Source of the DNA: an uncultured Verrucomicrobiae bacterium
Lineage (GTDB): Bacteria > Chlamydiota > Chlamydiia > Chlamydiales > Rhabdochlamydiaceae
Direction: 5' to 3'
NCBI GenBank assembly: GCA_963818965.1
Contig: CAWFUG010000009.1
Coordinates: 320,001-384,000 of the forward strand
Length of the DNA: 64,000 bases
Shown: positions 10,553-21,900 of the stretch, piece by piece
Position numbering within the stretch: the first letter of the stretch is position 1
Layout of the letters: each line of letters begins with the position of its first letter
Position numbers and translations under genes: made by a program
Notes under the pieces: model-generated
Database searches by the model: none
The model's input: the letters and a program-made list of their open reading frames with translations, nothing else
Told to the model about the DNA's origin: nothing

Positions 10553-10797
10553 GGCGTTGTCGCAGAAACAAAGAATTCACCACAGAGAGGGGAAACCACA
10601 GAGAGGAAATTTTTATACCCCGCGCGCTTGAGGATGGTGCATTTGAGCCTTTGATCAGCTCCCGCGGTTCGACGCGCTCAAATGCACCATTCTCAAGCGT
10701 GCGGAGTATAGATTTCTTGATCAGAAGAGCTGTTTAAAAAAATCCTCTCTGTGGTTTCTCCCCTCTGTGGTGAATTTTTGGTTTCCGCAACAACGCC
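10553..10797. repeat. CCACAGAGAG palindromic element carrying a nested insertion
   Basis: GGCGTTGTCGCA...CACCACAGAGAGGGGAAACCACAGAGAG / inverse ...GCAACAACGCC. Confidence 0.9.
10614..10710. mobile_element. TATACC palindromic MITE-like element (97 bp), TA duplicated
   Basis: TATACCCCGCGCGCTTGAGGATGGTGCATTTGAGC / inverse; empty site visible at 24652. Confidence 0.85.
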
Positions 10798-10802
10798 TCT
10801 AA

Positions 10803-12184
<1,382 letters not shown>

Positions 12185-12320
12185 TCTCGCCTCACTGGGT
12201 TGGGGTCTGTTTTTTTTATAGAACAGTTGACTTTTTTGTTAAAGACATTTATTATAACGTTTGTTTTTATCGTTTTTATTCCCCTTTTTTTGTTTAAAAA
12301 AATATGAATAAGGTGTCAAA

Positions 12321-14267
12321 GTGAATTTTTACCCAATTGTTGCGGGACGCTCAACTAAACAGTGGATCCTCCCTGAGGTTCTGGAAAATATCTATATGCG
12401 TTTGGATCCGAAGAGTCTACACCTCTTCTTTCAAACCAACAGATTCCTTTCCAACATGTATCAAAAGGAGTCTTTCAAAGCCCATTTGATCGATCTCCAG
12501 TTCCGCTGCACCCGGATCGATACCATGCCTGCTTCAGAACAGTATTGGCGCCTATTTCTATCCAGGATGCCTTGTGCAGGATTTGGAGGCAGATCGACCA
12601 TCCCCCTCCCACGAGGTTATGTCTTAGAAAATGATGATTCTTCCGAATATCGATTAAAAATAAATAGCTCTAGCTCGAGAGCGCTTTTAAGTGGCACGGA
12701 CAATTTAACCTTATTTTCAATGGATCTCAAAACTTTACGGGGTGTTGAAATCGAAAATGATGGGAAAAGGATCGATTATTTTGGGCTGAGTCAAGAAGGG
12801 AATTCCGTTTTTTTAGGGTCTTTAGAGGATGGAACGCTCCAATGGCGCAATGCTGAGACGGGAGAGTGCGAGAAGATCCTCAATTCTGAGACGGGAGAGG
12901 AAGAGTGCGAGAAGATCCTCAATTTTGCCGACAAAGAATTCCCTCATCTCGTCGCTGTGAAAATTAATGGCACACGAGCAATTTCCGTACACTCCGATCA
13001 GGCGCCCCTTCAGCACCCAACCGAAGGTGGGCCTATCGCTCAATTTTTGGGAAAGGTTTCCAAATTATGGGACCTCAGTACGGGAGAATGTCTTCATACG
13101 TTAAAGCATTTGACTCAGTCCTTCAGCTGGCTGAAAATGATCACTGCCGATGGAACTCAGTTTTTGTCTGGCTCCATCGATTTAAACGCAAAAGATTTCA
13201 CTGAGGTGCTCCCTTCAAAAAAATATGAGATAAACATCTGGAATTTTACTAAAGAAGGAACAAAAGATAGAGTGCGTTCTTTAGCTGTAACTGTGTTGTT
13301 CAGTCCTATATCGTCAATGATAGCTTCTCATCAGTGGTTAGATATTCCAGTAAAATTCTCTGCAAACAGAGAAAGAGCCCTTTTTACTTCTTGGGGTTGT
13401 AACTTGAAAAAAAACTTCGAGTACTGGGATCTTTCTGAAGGACGACATATCCAGCAGTTCGAGGGAGATAACAGTAAAGCACTATGGACAAAATTCTACT
13501 CTGATGGGACTAGAATGCTGACGTACGATAAATCTTGTAGCAGCTTGAAAGCATGGGATCCTGAAGAGGGGAAGCCTGTCGCTACTTTTCCACTAGGAAA
13601 TGGCAAATTAAGCGCATTAAAAATAAGTCCCGATGGAAAACAAGCTTATTGTTTAATAGAGACCAAGGAAGGGTCCATGATCAGGTTTAATGTAGTGGAT
13701 CTTTTACAACCTGCTCAATCCCCTCAGAACATAGCAGGATCTTGGAAGAAACCCATTGCTCGGTTAAAATTAACGCCCGACGGGCTGAGAGTGATTGGAG
13801 TACTCAACGCCGACAACGTAGCGATTTGGAATTGCGCTCCTCTTCCCCATGAACGGATCGCCCACGCTCTTTTACAAGGAAACGAGTTTTCGACTTTGCC
13901 ACCTTCTATTCGAAAATTTGTGACTGATGTTCAGACTTCCATTGGCTTAACGAAATATCTAAAAGAGGTCTGCGTCTCTCAAATGGTATCTATGTTGGAT
14001 GAATCTAAAGAGGGCACAGCAGAGGATCTTTCTCGGATCAAACAAGTGGTGAGGTGGATCGAAGAATCCCCATTTAAAAATCAGTTGCAAAACTGGATAT
14101 TGGATGAGTACACCACTCGGTTGGATCATTGGATCAGCACCCAGAATTTTGCTCAAATCTCCCTTATTCTTAACTCCGTAAAGCACATTGCCCCCGATCT
14201 CTATCAGGAATTAAACGAAGCTTTAGAAGGGCTCTTCGGTTGGGATACGACAGGGGGGAAGAATTAG
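12321..14267 (+). CDS. F-box-like/WD40 repeat protein, paralogue 1 (probably extends to 14386 across a G6 frameshift)
   Basis: LPEVLENIYMRLDPKSL F-box-like start; SKLWDLSTGECL, YWDL, AWD repeats; APLPHERI shared with paralogues. Confidence 0.8.
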   Translation: MNFYPIVAGRSTKQWILPEVLENIYMRLDPKSLHLFFQTNRFLSNMYQKESFKAHLIDLQFRCTRIDTMPASEQYWRLFLSRMPCAGFGGRSTIPLPRGYVLENDDSSEYRLKINSSSSRALLSGTDNLTLFSMDLKTLRGVEIENDGKRIDYFGLSQEGNSVFLGSLEDGTLQWRNAETGECEKILNSETGEEECEKILNFADKEFPHLVAVKINGTRAISVHSDQAPLQHPTEGGPIAQFLGKVSKLWDLSTGECLHTLKHLTQSFSWLKMITADGTQFLSGSIDLNAKDFTEVLPSKKYEINIWNFTKEGTKDRVRSLAVTVLFSPISSMIASHQWLDIPVKFSANRERALFTSWGCNLKKNFEYWDLSEGRHIQQFEGDNSKALWTKFYSDGTRMLTYDKSCSSLKAWDPEEGKPVATFPLGNGKLSALKISPDGKQAYCLIETKEGSMIRFNVVDLLQPAQSPQNIAGSWKKPIARLKLTPDGLRVIGVLNADNVAIWNCAPLPHERIAHALLQGNEFSTLPPSIRKFVTDVQTSIGLTKYLKEVCVSQMVSMLDESKEGTAEDLSRIKQVVRWIEESPFKNQLQNWILDEYTTRLDHWISTQNFAQISLILNSVKHIAPDLYQELNEALEGLFGWDTTGGKN

Positions 14268-14406
14268 CCCAAGAAATCAGGAAATCTCGGGACGCGGTGC
14301 GTTGCATCTTTAAAAAATGGATGGAAGCAAGGGAATCCCCTGAACGGAATCCGAAGCGCGTCCGTCGGCAACTCGATTTAGGATGAAGCTTATCGGGTAG
14401 GATTTT

Positions 14407-14477
14407 TGTACCACAACCGGCTTGAAACTTCGAATTTGGCGCGGCCAAATTCGAAGTTTCAAGCCGGTTGTGGTGTA
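14407..14477. repeat. Short TATACC-family palindrome
   Basis: Perfect 31-bp stem ACCACAACCGGCTTGAAACTTCGAATTTGGC with GCG loop; related to 58313 and 58564. Confidence 0.85.
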
Positions 14478-14573
14478 AATAGTTGTTGACTTTTCTAATT
14501 TAATCTGCTAATTTCTTTTATAAATCACTCATTAATTATAGTTTTTATATAAATCATTTATTAAGGTTTTAAA

Positions 14574-16376
14574 ATGTATGTTTGTCAGCCCATTACTTCG
14601 AAAGACCCCGCTGCGCTCTTTTTGCCTGGCGATATTGTGAAGCATTTTTATGCGTATTTAGATCTAAAAAGCACCTATTTATTCTCTCAGGCCTCTGTCT
14701 TCTCAAACGAGATATATCAATCTGAGGCTTTTCAAAACCAGCTCCTGGCACGGTACCAATGGACGCATAGCGAAGAGATCCCTCTTTCTGAACAAGTTTT
14801 GCGTTTAGTTCTGTCCCGCATGCCTTGCGCAGATTGGGCGGGTTATTCGTCGATGCCTTTGTTCGGTTCGATAGGGTTGCATCCCGGCGACTTAAAAATG
14901 AGCCCCTCTGGAAGAAAAGCGATTTTGTCCTTGGATACGGGATTCACGACACGTTCCTACGATTTTAAAACGTTAGAGATCGTTCTGCTAAAAACAGCGA
15001 GAAAGGCGGATTATTTCGGGATGAGCTCAAAAGGGGATACTGCTCTTCCATCCACTTTAAGCAAAGGGATCATGGATTTCTATGATCCGAAGACGGGAGA
15101 TCTCACGCAGACCTTAGACTTTGCAGATCCAGACTTTCCCACCCTTATTACCGTGGAAGTCAATTCTGAAGGGACGCGTGCGATTTCTGTCCACTCTAAT
15201 AGAGAGCCGCATTTGTTTCTTTCATACGGCCAGCTCGTGCCTCAGTTTTTTGCACAGGTTTCGAAATTATGGGATCTAAATACGGGCGAGTGCCTGGACA
15301 TTTTGGATCATGGAGATACTCCATTCAATTGGTTGCGGATGGCGTCTCCTGATGGGAGCCAATTTTTATCCGCTTCCGCCGACTTAACTGGATTAATGGA
15401 TGCTGCGGATTCTTCAGAAAGGCCTCAAAGGAAATATGAGATAAAAATCTGGGATTTTATACCCCGCACCATTCCTAAGCGCGCGGGGTATAATGCGAAA
15501 AAAGAAGAGAGGACAGGACACGTTTTAGATGTGACTCTATTTTTTCATTCTTCGTTCAGGAACATTGAAGTAGAGATCTCTTCAGATGGGACCAAAGCTC
15601 TTTTTTGTTGTAAGGATTACGACGATAACGAAAATCCTGTAGAATTTTGGGATCTTTCCGAAAAGAGGCTCATTCAGAAATTTAAAATTGGTAAAGGAGG
15701 CCTTCCACTCCAAATTAAGCCCAACAAGGAGGGACTAAAGGCACTGATATATAATGGGCTGTGGCTTAATAATAAAGTCGAAGATCCTTTTGCAATCCCT
15801 AAATTATGGGATCTTGAAGCTGGAAAAGTCATTTCTACTCTCTCATTCGATCATGCTTGTAGGGTAGTAAATCTAGTCGTAAGTGCTGATGAAACGCGCC
15901 TTTATGGCTACCTACAGGGTCCAATAGAACCGCTAACAAAAAAAACTACCACCCTCTGGGAATGGAACCTGCCGGACCTGTCTCAATCTCCCCGCCTTGT
16001 GCATACTTTTTTGAATAATCCGAGTAGCCTACCGGGCTTAGCAGTAACACCCGATGGGATGAATGGGATCACGTGGACAGATTCCAACCAGCTCTGCATT
16101 TGGAACTCAGCTCCCTTACCTCATGAGCGGATCGCGAATGTCTATTCCTGCTGCCTAGCGCAAAATGATCCCTCTTTACCTGTGCCTGAGTACGAAGCTC
16201 TGCCTTCCTCCATTAAGAGATTTGTCGAGGGTTTTCAGACCACCGATGCATCGGGTCAGCTCGTTACAGATAAGCTCAGAGGTTTGAGGGCTTACTTAAA
16301 GCCAAAAAAGCAAAAATGTGCGCAGGAGGCTTCGATTCGACCTCTTAAGCGCCAAAAGAAGGACGACAGGGCTTAG
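14574..16376 (+). CDS. F-box-like/WD40 repeat protein, paralogue 2
   Basis: LPGDIVKHFYAYLDLKS; GTRAISVHS, SKLWDL, APLPHERI; ends RPLKRQKK. Confidence 0.8.
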   Translation: MYVCQPITSKDPAALFLPGDIVKHFYAYLDLKSTYLFSQASVFSNEIYQSEAFQNQLLARYQWTHSEEIPLSEQVLRLVLSRMPCADWAGYSSMPLFGSIGLHPGDLKMSPSGRKAILSLDTGFTTRSYDFKTLEIVLLKTARKADYFGMSSKGDTALPSTLSKGIMDFYDPKTGDLTQTLDFADPDFPTLITVEVNSEGTRAISVHSNREPHLFLSYGQLVPQFFAQVSKLWDLNTGECLDILDHGDTPFNWLRMASPDGSQFLSASADLTGLMDAADSSERPQRKYEIKIWDFIPRTIPKRAGYNAKKEERTGHVLDVTLFFHSSFRNIEVEISSDGTKALFCCKDYDDNENPVEFWDLSEKRLIQKFKIGKGGLPLQIKPNKEGLKALIYNGLWLNNKVEDPFAIPKLWDLEAGKVISTLSFDHACRVVNLVVSADETRLYGYLQGPIEPLTKKTTTLWEWNLPDLSQSPRLVHTFLNNPSSLPGLAVTPDGMNGITWTDSNQLCIWNSAPLPHERIANVYSCCLAQNDPSLPVPEYEALPSSIKRFVEGFQTTDASGQLVTDKLRGLRAYLKPKKQKCAQEASIRPLKRQKKDDRA

Positions 16377-16425
16377 GGCTTGGTCGATTTTCTGGTTTTT
16401 TTAAAAGTTATTTCCGAGGTGTAAA

Positions 16426-18209
16426 ATGGTATGTAGTTATTTTCCGACGCAAAAGCAGGGGGACTATCTGTATATTCCCTCTGAAATTTTGACCACGATC
16501 TATTGGCACTCTGATCATCAGAGCGCAGCTCTCTTTTCGATAGTCTGCAAAGCACTCAGAGAGGTTTATGAAACGGAAGCAGTTCAAGAGCATTTTGTGG
16601 TCCGCTACAACTGCGTTCGACACATTACGATGAGCGCTTTAGAACAACACCAGCGTTTATTTCTCTCTAGGCTGCCTTACGCCCCCTTTGCAGGTCATAC
16701 GACGATCCCTTCTCCTAAAGGTTCTATTGAGCATATCTTGGCTAAGGGGTTTAGCGACTGTCCTTTGAAGATGACTCCTGAGGGAGACAAAGCCGTTTTG
16801 AGATACCGAACGTCCTCAAAAAGCGGATGCTTTTTAGTGGATGTCAAGAGCTCAACATCGATTTTTATAAAAAAAAAGGAAAGAGGATCGATTACTTCGG
16901 AATTAACTCTAAAACACAACGCGTTTTTTTCGGATCTTTGAGCGAGGCAAAGCTCCAATTTTATGATTTTGAGGGAAAACGCTCAGAGGAGGGTGAATTA
17001 GACCTTAAGGATCGCGATTATCCTCATCTTGTCGCCCTGGAAATCAACACGGAAGGGACACGGGCGATTTCAGTCCATTCTGATCGAAGGGAATCGGGGC
17101 GCTGTTTTATAGCGAAAATTTCCAAATTATGGGAACTCTGTAACGGCAGAGCGGGTGAATGTCTGGATGTGTTCGTACATCCGATGACACCTTTCTATTC
17201 CTGGAACATGATCGGTTCTGATGGGACCCAATTTTTATCGGGCAGCGTTGATTTCGAAGGAGTGGTTAAAGAAACCTTCCTAAAGAGTGAGATAAAGATC
17301 TGGAGCTTTAAAGCCCTAGAAAAAGAGGCCACAGTACGGACTCTCGATACCGCCGTGTGTATGCGCGCGCATAACTACGCTGCGCCTTTTCTCGATTTCA
17401 AAGCAGAAACGACCCAGGATGGGAGTCGGGCTCTTTTTCTCTCTCAAGAAGGTGATGCGGGGAATTTTTTAGAATTTTGGAGCCTCACAGAGAACCAGTC
17501 CATTCAGCGATTCCGAATAGGGAATAAAAATATTATCCAAAGGGTAAAGCTTTCTCCTGATGGGAGATGGGCGCTGACGTATTGTATGATGTGCGAGAAA
17601 GAGCCTTTGGAACTGTGGGATCTTAGCACAGGAAAGTGTCTTCATAAGATTGATTCTCACTGCAACCGAACATTACACGGTTTGACTGTGAGCGCAGATT
17701 GGACGCATGCGTATTGTCTTTTAGAGGGAGGAGGTGAACTTTTCCTAAAAGTGGTAGATCTTTTAAACCCTGAAAAATCTTATGAGGTCGATCACTTTCC
17801 TATGAGCAAAGACATGTACTCTATCCCATTTCAACTAACACCCGATGGAATGAAACTCATTTCGACCGACTCTTTGAACTTAAGCGTTTGGAACTGTGCA
17901 CCGCTTCCCCATGAACGACTGATTTACCTGCTTTCGCAATATGTCAAGCTCGTTTTAGATGAGAAAGACGGTTGGTTGGAGTTAGAATGGGATGACGCCA
18001 CAAAATCCTTTACAACAGAGGCGCATGCTGAGATAGAATCCCTGCTAGAGCAAGTGCAAAAAAGTGAGAACCCCGCGTATTACAGCCGCGTGCTCGAGTG
18101 GATCAAGACTTCTGGTTTTCAAGCGGAGTTGGAGCAGTATCTATTTCCGATCCAAGAGAGCCCCCTCAAACGGCAGCGAACCGACGCTAACCCCAGTAGC
18201 GGGGCGTAG
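16426..18209 (+). CDS. F-box-like/WD40 repeat protein, paralogue 3 (frameshift in A9 run 16869-16877)
   Basis: ORFs 16426-16941 and 16827-18209 together align with paralogues 1 and 2; ends SPLKRQRT. Confidence 0.75.
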
Positions 18210-18319
18210 CAAAGTCTAGGGAGATGGGGGGGCTGAAGAAATACACCCCCCTCTCTAGCAATTCAACACGGGAGCTTTCCCGAGGTCCTACGGCCAACTT
18301 TTGAGTCCACTTAGGTATA
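18210..18319. repeat. Truncated TATACC-family element (central hairpin plus right arm)
   Basis: GGGGGG-CTGAAGAAATAC-ACCCCCC hairpin, GGGAGCTTTC motif, and TTTTGAGTCCACTTAGGTATA end matching the reverse complement of 52040. Confidence 0.7.
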
Positions 18320-18390
18320 ATTCGCAGATAGCTTCTTAATCCCATCTCTTTTTTTTCGTTTTATTGCAAAAAGATTGTTTTTTCACTAAA

Positions 18391-18936
18391 ATGGTTTATA
18401 TTTTAATTATAAAAGATCAGTTGCAACAGTGGGTGTTGAAGAACTACTACAGCGCTCGAAAGGACGATTTTGTGCGTAAAATCGTGTCTCTTTTAGATAA
18501 AGCAGTATTAGAGCAGGATTCCCATTCGATCCAACAAGTGCTTAAGCAGATTGAAATATCCCCTATTAAAGATCAGTGGCAAGAGTGGCTATTGGAGAAC
18601 TACATCACTCGATTGGATGATTTGATCGTCGAGCAAAGGTCTTTTCAAATCTCTCATCTTCTCGATACGATTGGTTTTATCGCTCCCGATCTACAGCAGG
18701 AGTTAACTGTGGCTTTGGACTGTCTGTGTGCTAAGCAGGATTCTGCGTTTTTGGATTACCTCGATCGTATGGGCAATTTCGAATTTTCTGATGTAACGAT
18801 CGCCGAGCCGATAGATGATGAAGCTGGGTTAATTAAAGAGCGACAAGCAACAGTCCATCGTATATTCAAAGAGTGGGTAGAAACACGGCAACCTGTCGCG
18901 GAGCGACCTCTAAAGCGTCCTCGTTTAACTAAGTAA
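18391..18936 (+). CDS. Orphan C-terminal module of the WD40 family (possible truncated paralogue 4)
   Basis: SPIKDQWQEWLLENYITRLD...IAPDLQQEL matches SPFKNQLQNWILDEYTTRLD...IAPDLYQEL of paralogue 1; ends [10 protein letters not shown]. Confidence 0.65.
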   Translation: MVYILIIKDQLQQWVLKNYYSARKDDFVRKIVSLLDKAVLEQDSHSIQQVLKQIEISPIKDQWQEWLLENYITRLDDLIVEQRSFQISHLLDTIGFIAPDLQQELTVALDCLCAKQDSAFLDYLDRMGNFEFSDVTIAEPIDDEAGLIKERQATVHRIFKEWVETRQPVAERPLKRPRLTK

Positions 18937-21900
18937 TATATTTCCCTGTAAGGGATTGGGGATTGGCGGCGATCTGTTCGGGGGTGCCTGTGGCGACGAT
19001 GCGGCCACCCGAAGCGCCGCTGCCAGGGCCCATGTCGATGATCTGATCGGCGCACTGGATCACGTCGAGGTTATGCTCGATGAGCACGACGGTATTCCCT
19101 TTTTCTGTGAGTCTTTGGAAGATCGGGAGCAGCTTTACGATATCGTCGGCGTGAAGACCGACTGTCGGTTCGTCGAGCAAGTAGAGCGTGCGGCCGGTCG
19201 AGCGTTTGGAGAGCTCGCGGGAGAGGCGGATCCGCTGCGCTTCCCCTCCAGAGAGGGTTGCGATTTCTTGTCCCAATTGGAGATAGTCGAGCCCGACCGA
19301 TTGGAGTGTCTCTAAAATCCGCACAGCTTTGGGGATGGGAGGAAGGAATTGTAGAGCCTCGCTTACCGTCATTTGGAGCACGTGTCCTAAGTGTTTTCCC
19401 TTTACCATGACTTTTAGACTCATCGGATTGAACCGAAATCCGTGGCAGGCATCGCAGGTGACCTTGACGGGAGGCAAAAACTGCATCGCGATCGTTTGGG
19501 TGCCCAGTCCCTGGCAGCGGGTACACATCCCCTTGCGGTGATTGAAGCTGAAGTTTTTGGGTTGTAGGCCTCTTAATTTAGCCTCGGGAAGGCTTGCAAA
19601 AAAGGTGCGCAAGGGGGAGAGGAGATCGACATAGGTGCTGACATCGGCGCGATTGGTCTGCCCGATCGGGTTTTGATCCAGAACGAGCAATTTATCGATC
19701 TGATCGAATCCCGAAAAGCGAGCCCCCAGGTAGCTTTCAGGCTCTTCTGTCTTCTTCCGTCGGCGCAAGAAATTTTCAAGAGCGGGGCGCAAAAGGTCTC
19801 TGAGCAATGTCGATTTTCCCGAGCCAGACACTCCCGTCAAGCAGGTCACGATCCCAAGCCCTATCTGCACGTCGACATCTTTTAAGTTGTGCAACGTCCC
19901 ATTTTCAATAGAGATCCATTTTTTTGACTTTTTTCTTTCATCAGGGATTGGCACAGAGAGTTTTCCGCTGAGATAAGCTCCCGTAAGAGACTGGGGATTG
20001 TTTTTAATTTCTTCGATCGTGCCTGACGCCGTAATCGTTCCTCCCTGTTTTCCCGCATGAGGGCCGAAGTCGAGGATGTAGTCAGCCAGCTGGAGTGTCA
20101 AGGGGTCGTGTTCGACGAGTAGAAGTGTATTGCCGAGGGCGCAGAGGGTTTTGAGCGCTCGATTGAGCTTTTCATTGTCATGGGGGTGGAGTCCGATCGT
20201 CGGTTCGTCGAGGACATAGAGACAGCCTGTCAGGCCGCTGCCGAGTTGCCTTGCCAATCGAATCCTTTGGGCTTCGCCTCCGCTGAGTGTCGGTGCGCTG
20301 CGGCCCAAAGAGAGGTAGCCGAGGCCGATCTCTTTTAAAAAGTGGAGCTTCATCTTGAGCTGTTGGAGCGTCTCCTCCAAAAAGGGAGGGTGTTCTCCAC
20401 TGAGCTCCATCGCATCGAGAAAAAGAGAGGTCTCTGCGATGGGGAGCTCACAGAAGTCGGCGATGCTCTTTTCTCCAATGCGTACATTGCGCGCAAGGGG
20501 GTTGAGGCGCGCGCCCTGACACGCGAGACAGACGCTCGTTTCAAGCAGCGGAAGGAGGGCATCTTTAGTTTCTCTATTTGTGCTCTTCGAGAGGAGAGCG
20601 AGAAGAGTATTGAGGCCTTTCCAGTGCAAGCGCACCCCTTCTCTTTTCACGGAGCGTGGACTTCCTGTAAGAAAGAGCTCGAGAGCTTTTGGCGGCAGGC
20701 GCTCCAGGGAGACGTCGAGAGGGATCTCTTCTGCTTTAAAGAAAGAGCGAAAGAGAGCGAGAGAAGAGCGCGTTAAGGTCTCTTTGCAAAGCAGGTGTAA
20801 CCAGGAACTAATGGTGAGTTTCATGAGATCGGGATGGCGCAAGAGATCTGCGCCGTATTGGAGTCCGAGTCCCTGACATTCGAGACACATCCCGTGATCT
20901 GTATTGAAAGAGAAAGTGTGAGGAGTGATCGCTGGATAAGACTTCCCCGTGCGGATGACGGCGAAGGCGAGGTTGAAAAAGAGGTCTTCTTTCTCTGTAG
21001 CAGCAATGAGTGTACCTCCAGAGAGTTTTGTCGCTTGATCAATCGCTTCCAAGAGGCGCGGTTTACTCTCTTTCGAGAGCACGATCCGGTCGACAACGAG
21101 AAAGAGGGTATTTTTGCGCGACTTATCGAAAGGAATCTCCTGATCCAGCTCGTAATAGGTGTTATTGAGGCGCATGCGGACAAAGCCCTGTTGCTGCAGC
21201 TTTTCTTTCAACGCCTCGAACGAATCGGAGCGCTTTAAAGAAAGCGGTGCCAGGATCTGCACCTTGCTCTTCTCCTCTAATTCCAAAATCTTCTCCGCGA
21301 CGCTCTCTTTGCTGATCGTCTCGATTTTATCTCCCGTCTCAGGGCAATACGCCGTGCCGAGATAGGCAAAGAGCACGCGGAGGTAGTCGTAGACCTCTGT
21401 CATCGTCCCGATAGTACTGCGTGGGTTGCCGGCGTGGTTTTTTTGTTCGATCGCAATGGCGGGGGAGAGCCCTTCGATCCAGTCGACCTTGGGTTTAGGC
21501 ATCTGTTTGACGAACTGGCGGGCGTAGGGGGAGAGGGATTCGATGTAGCGACGCTGTCCTTCTGCGTAGATCGTCTCAAAGGCGAAAGAGGATTTTCCCG
21601 AACCTGAAGGCCCCGTGCAGAGGGTGATCTTACCGCGTGGGATCGAGACGCTGACCTTTTTCAGATTGTTTTGGCAGGCGTTTTGGACGGTGATCTCCGT
21701 CAGCGGTTGATGTGGGGGGCTCGGGGCTTTTTCTCCTTTGGAAAGTCCTTGAAATTTCAGAGCTTTTTTGAGGGCGATCCCTGTGGGGGTGCCTAATTTT
21801 GCGATCTTTTCAGGGGTCCCTGTGGCGATGATTTCGCCTCCATACTTACCCCCTTCAGGTCCTAAGTCGATGATCCAATCGGCTGTTTTGATGAGATCCA

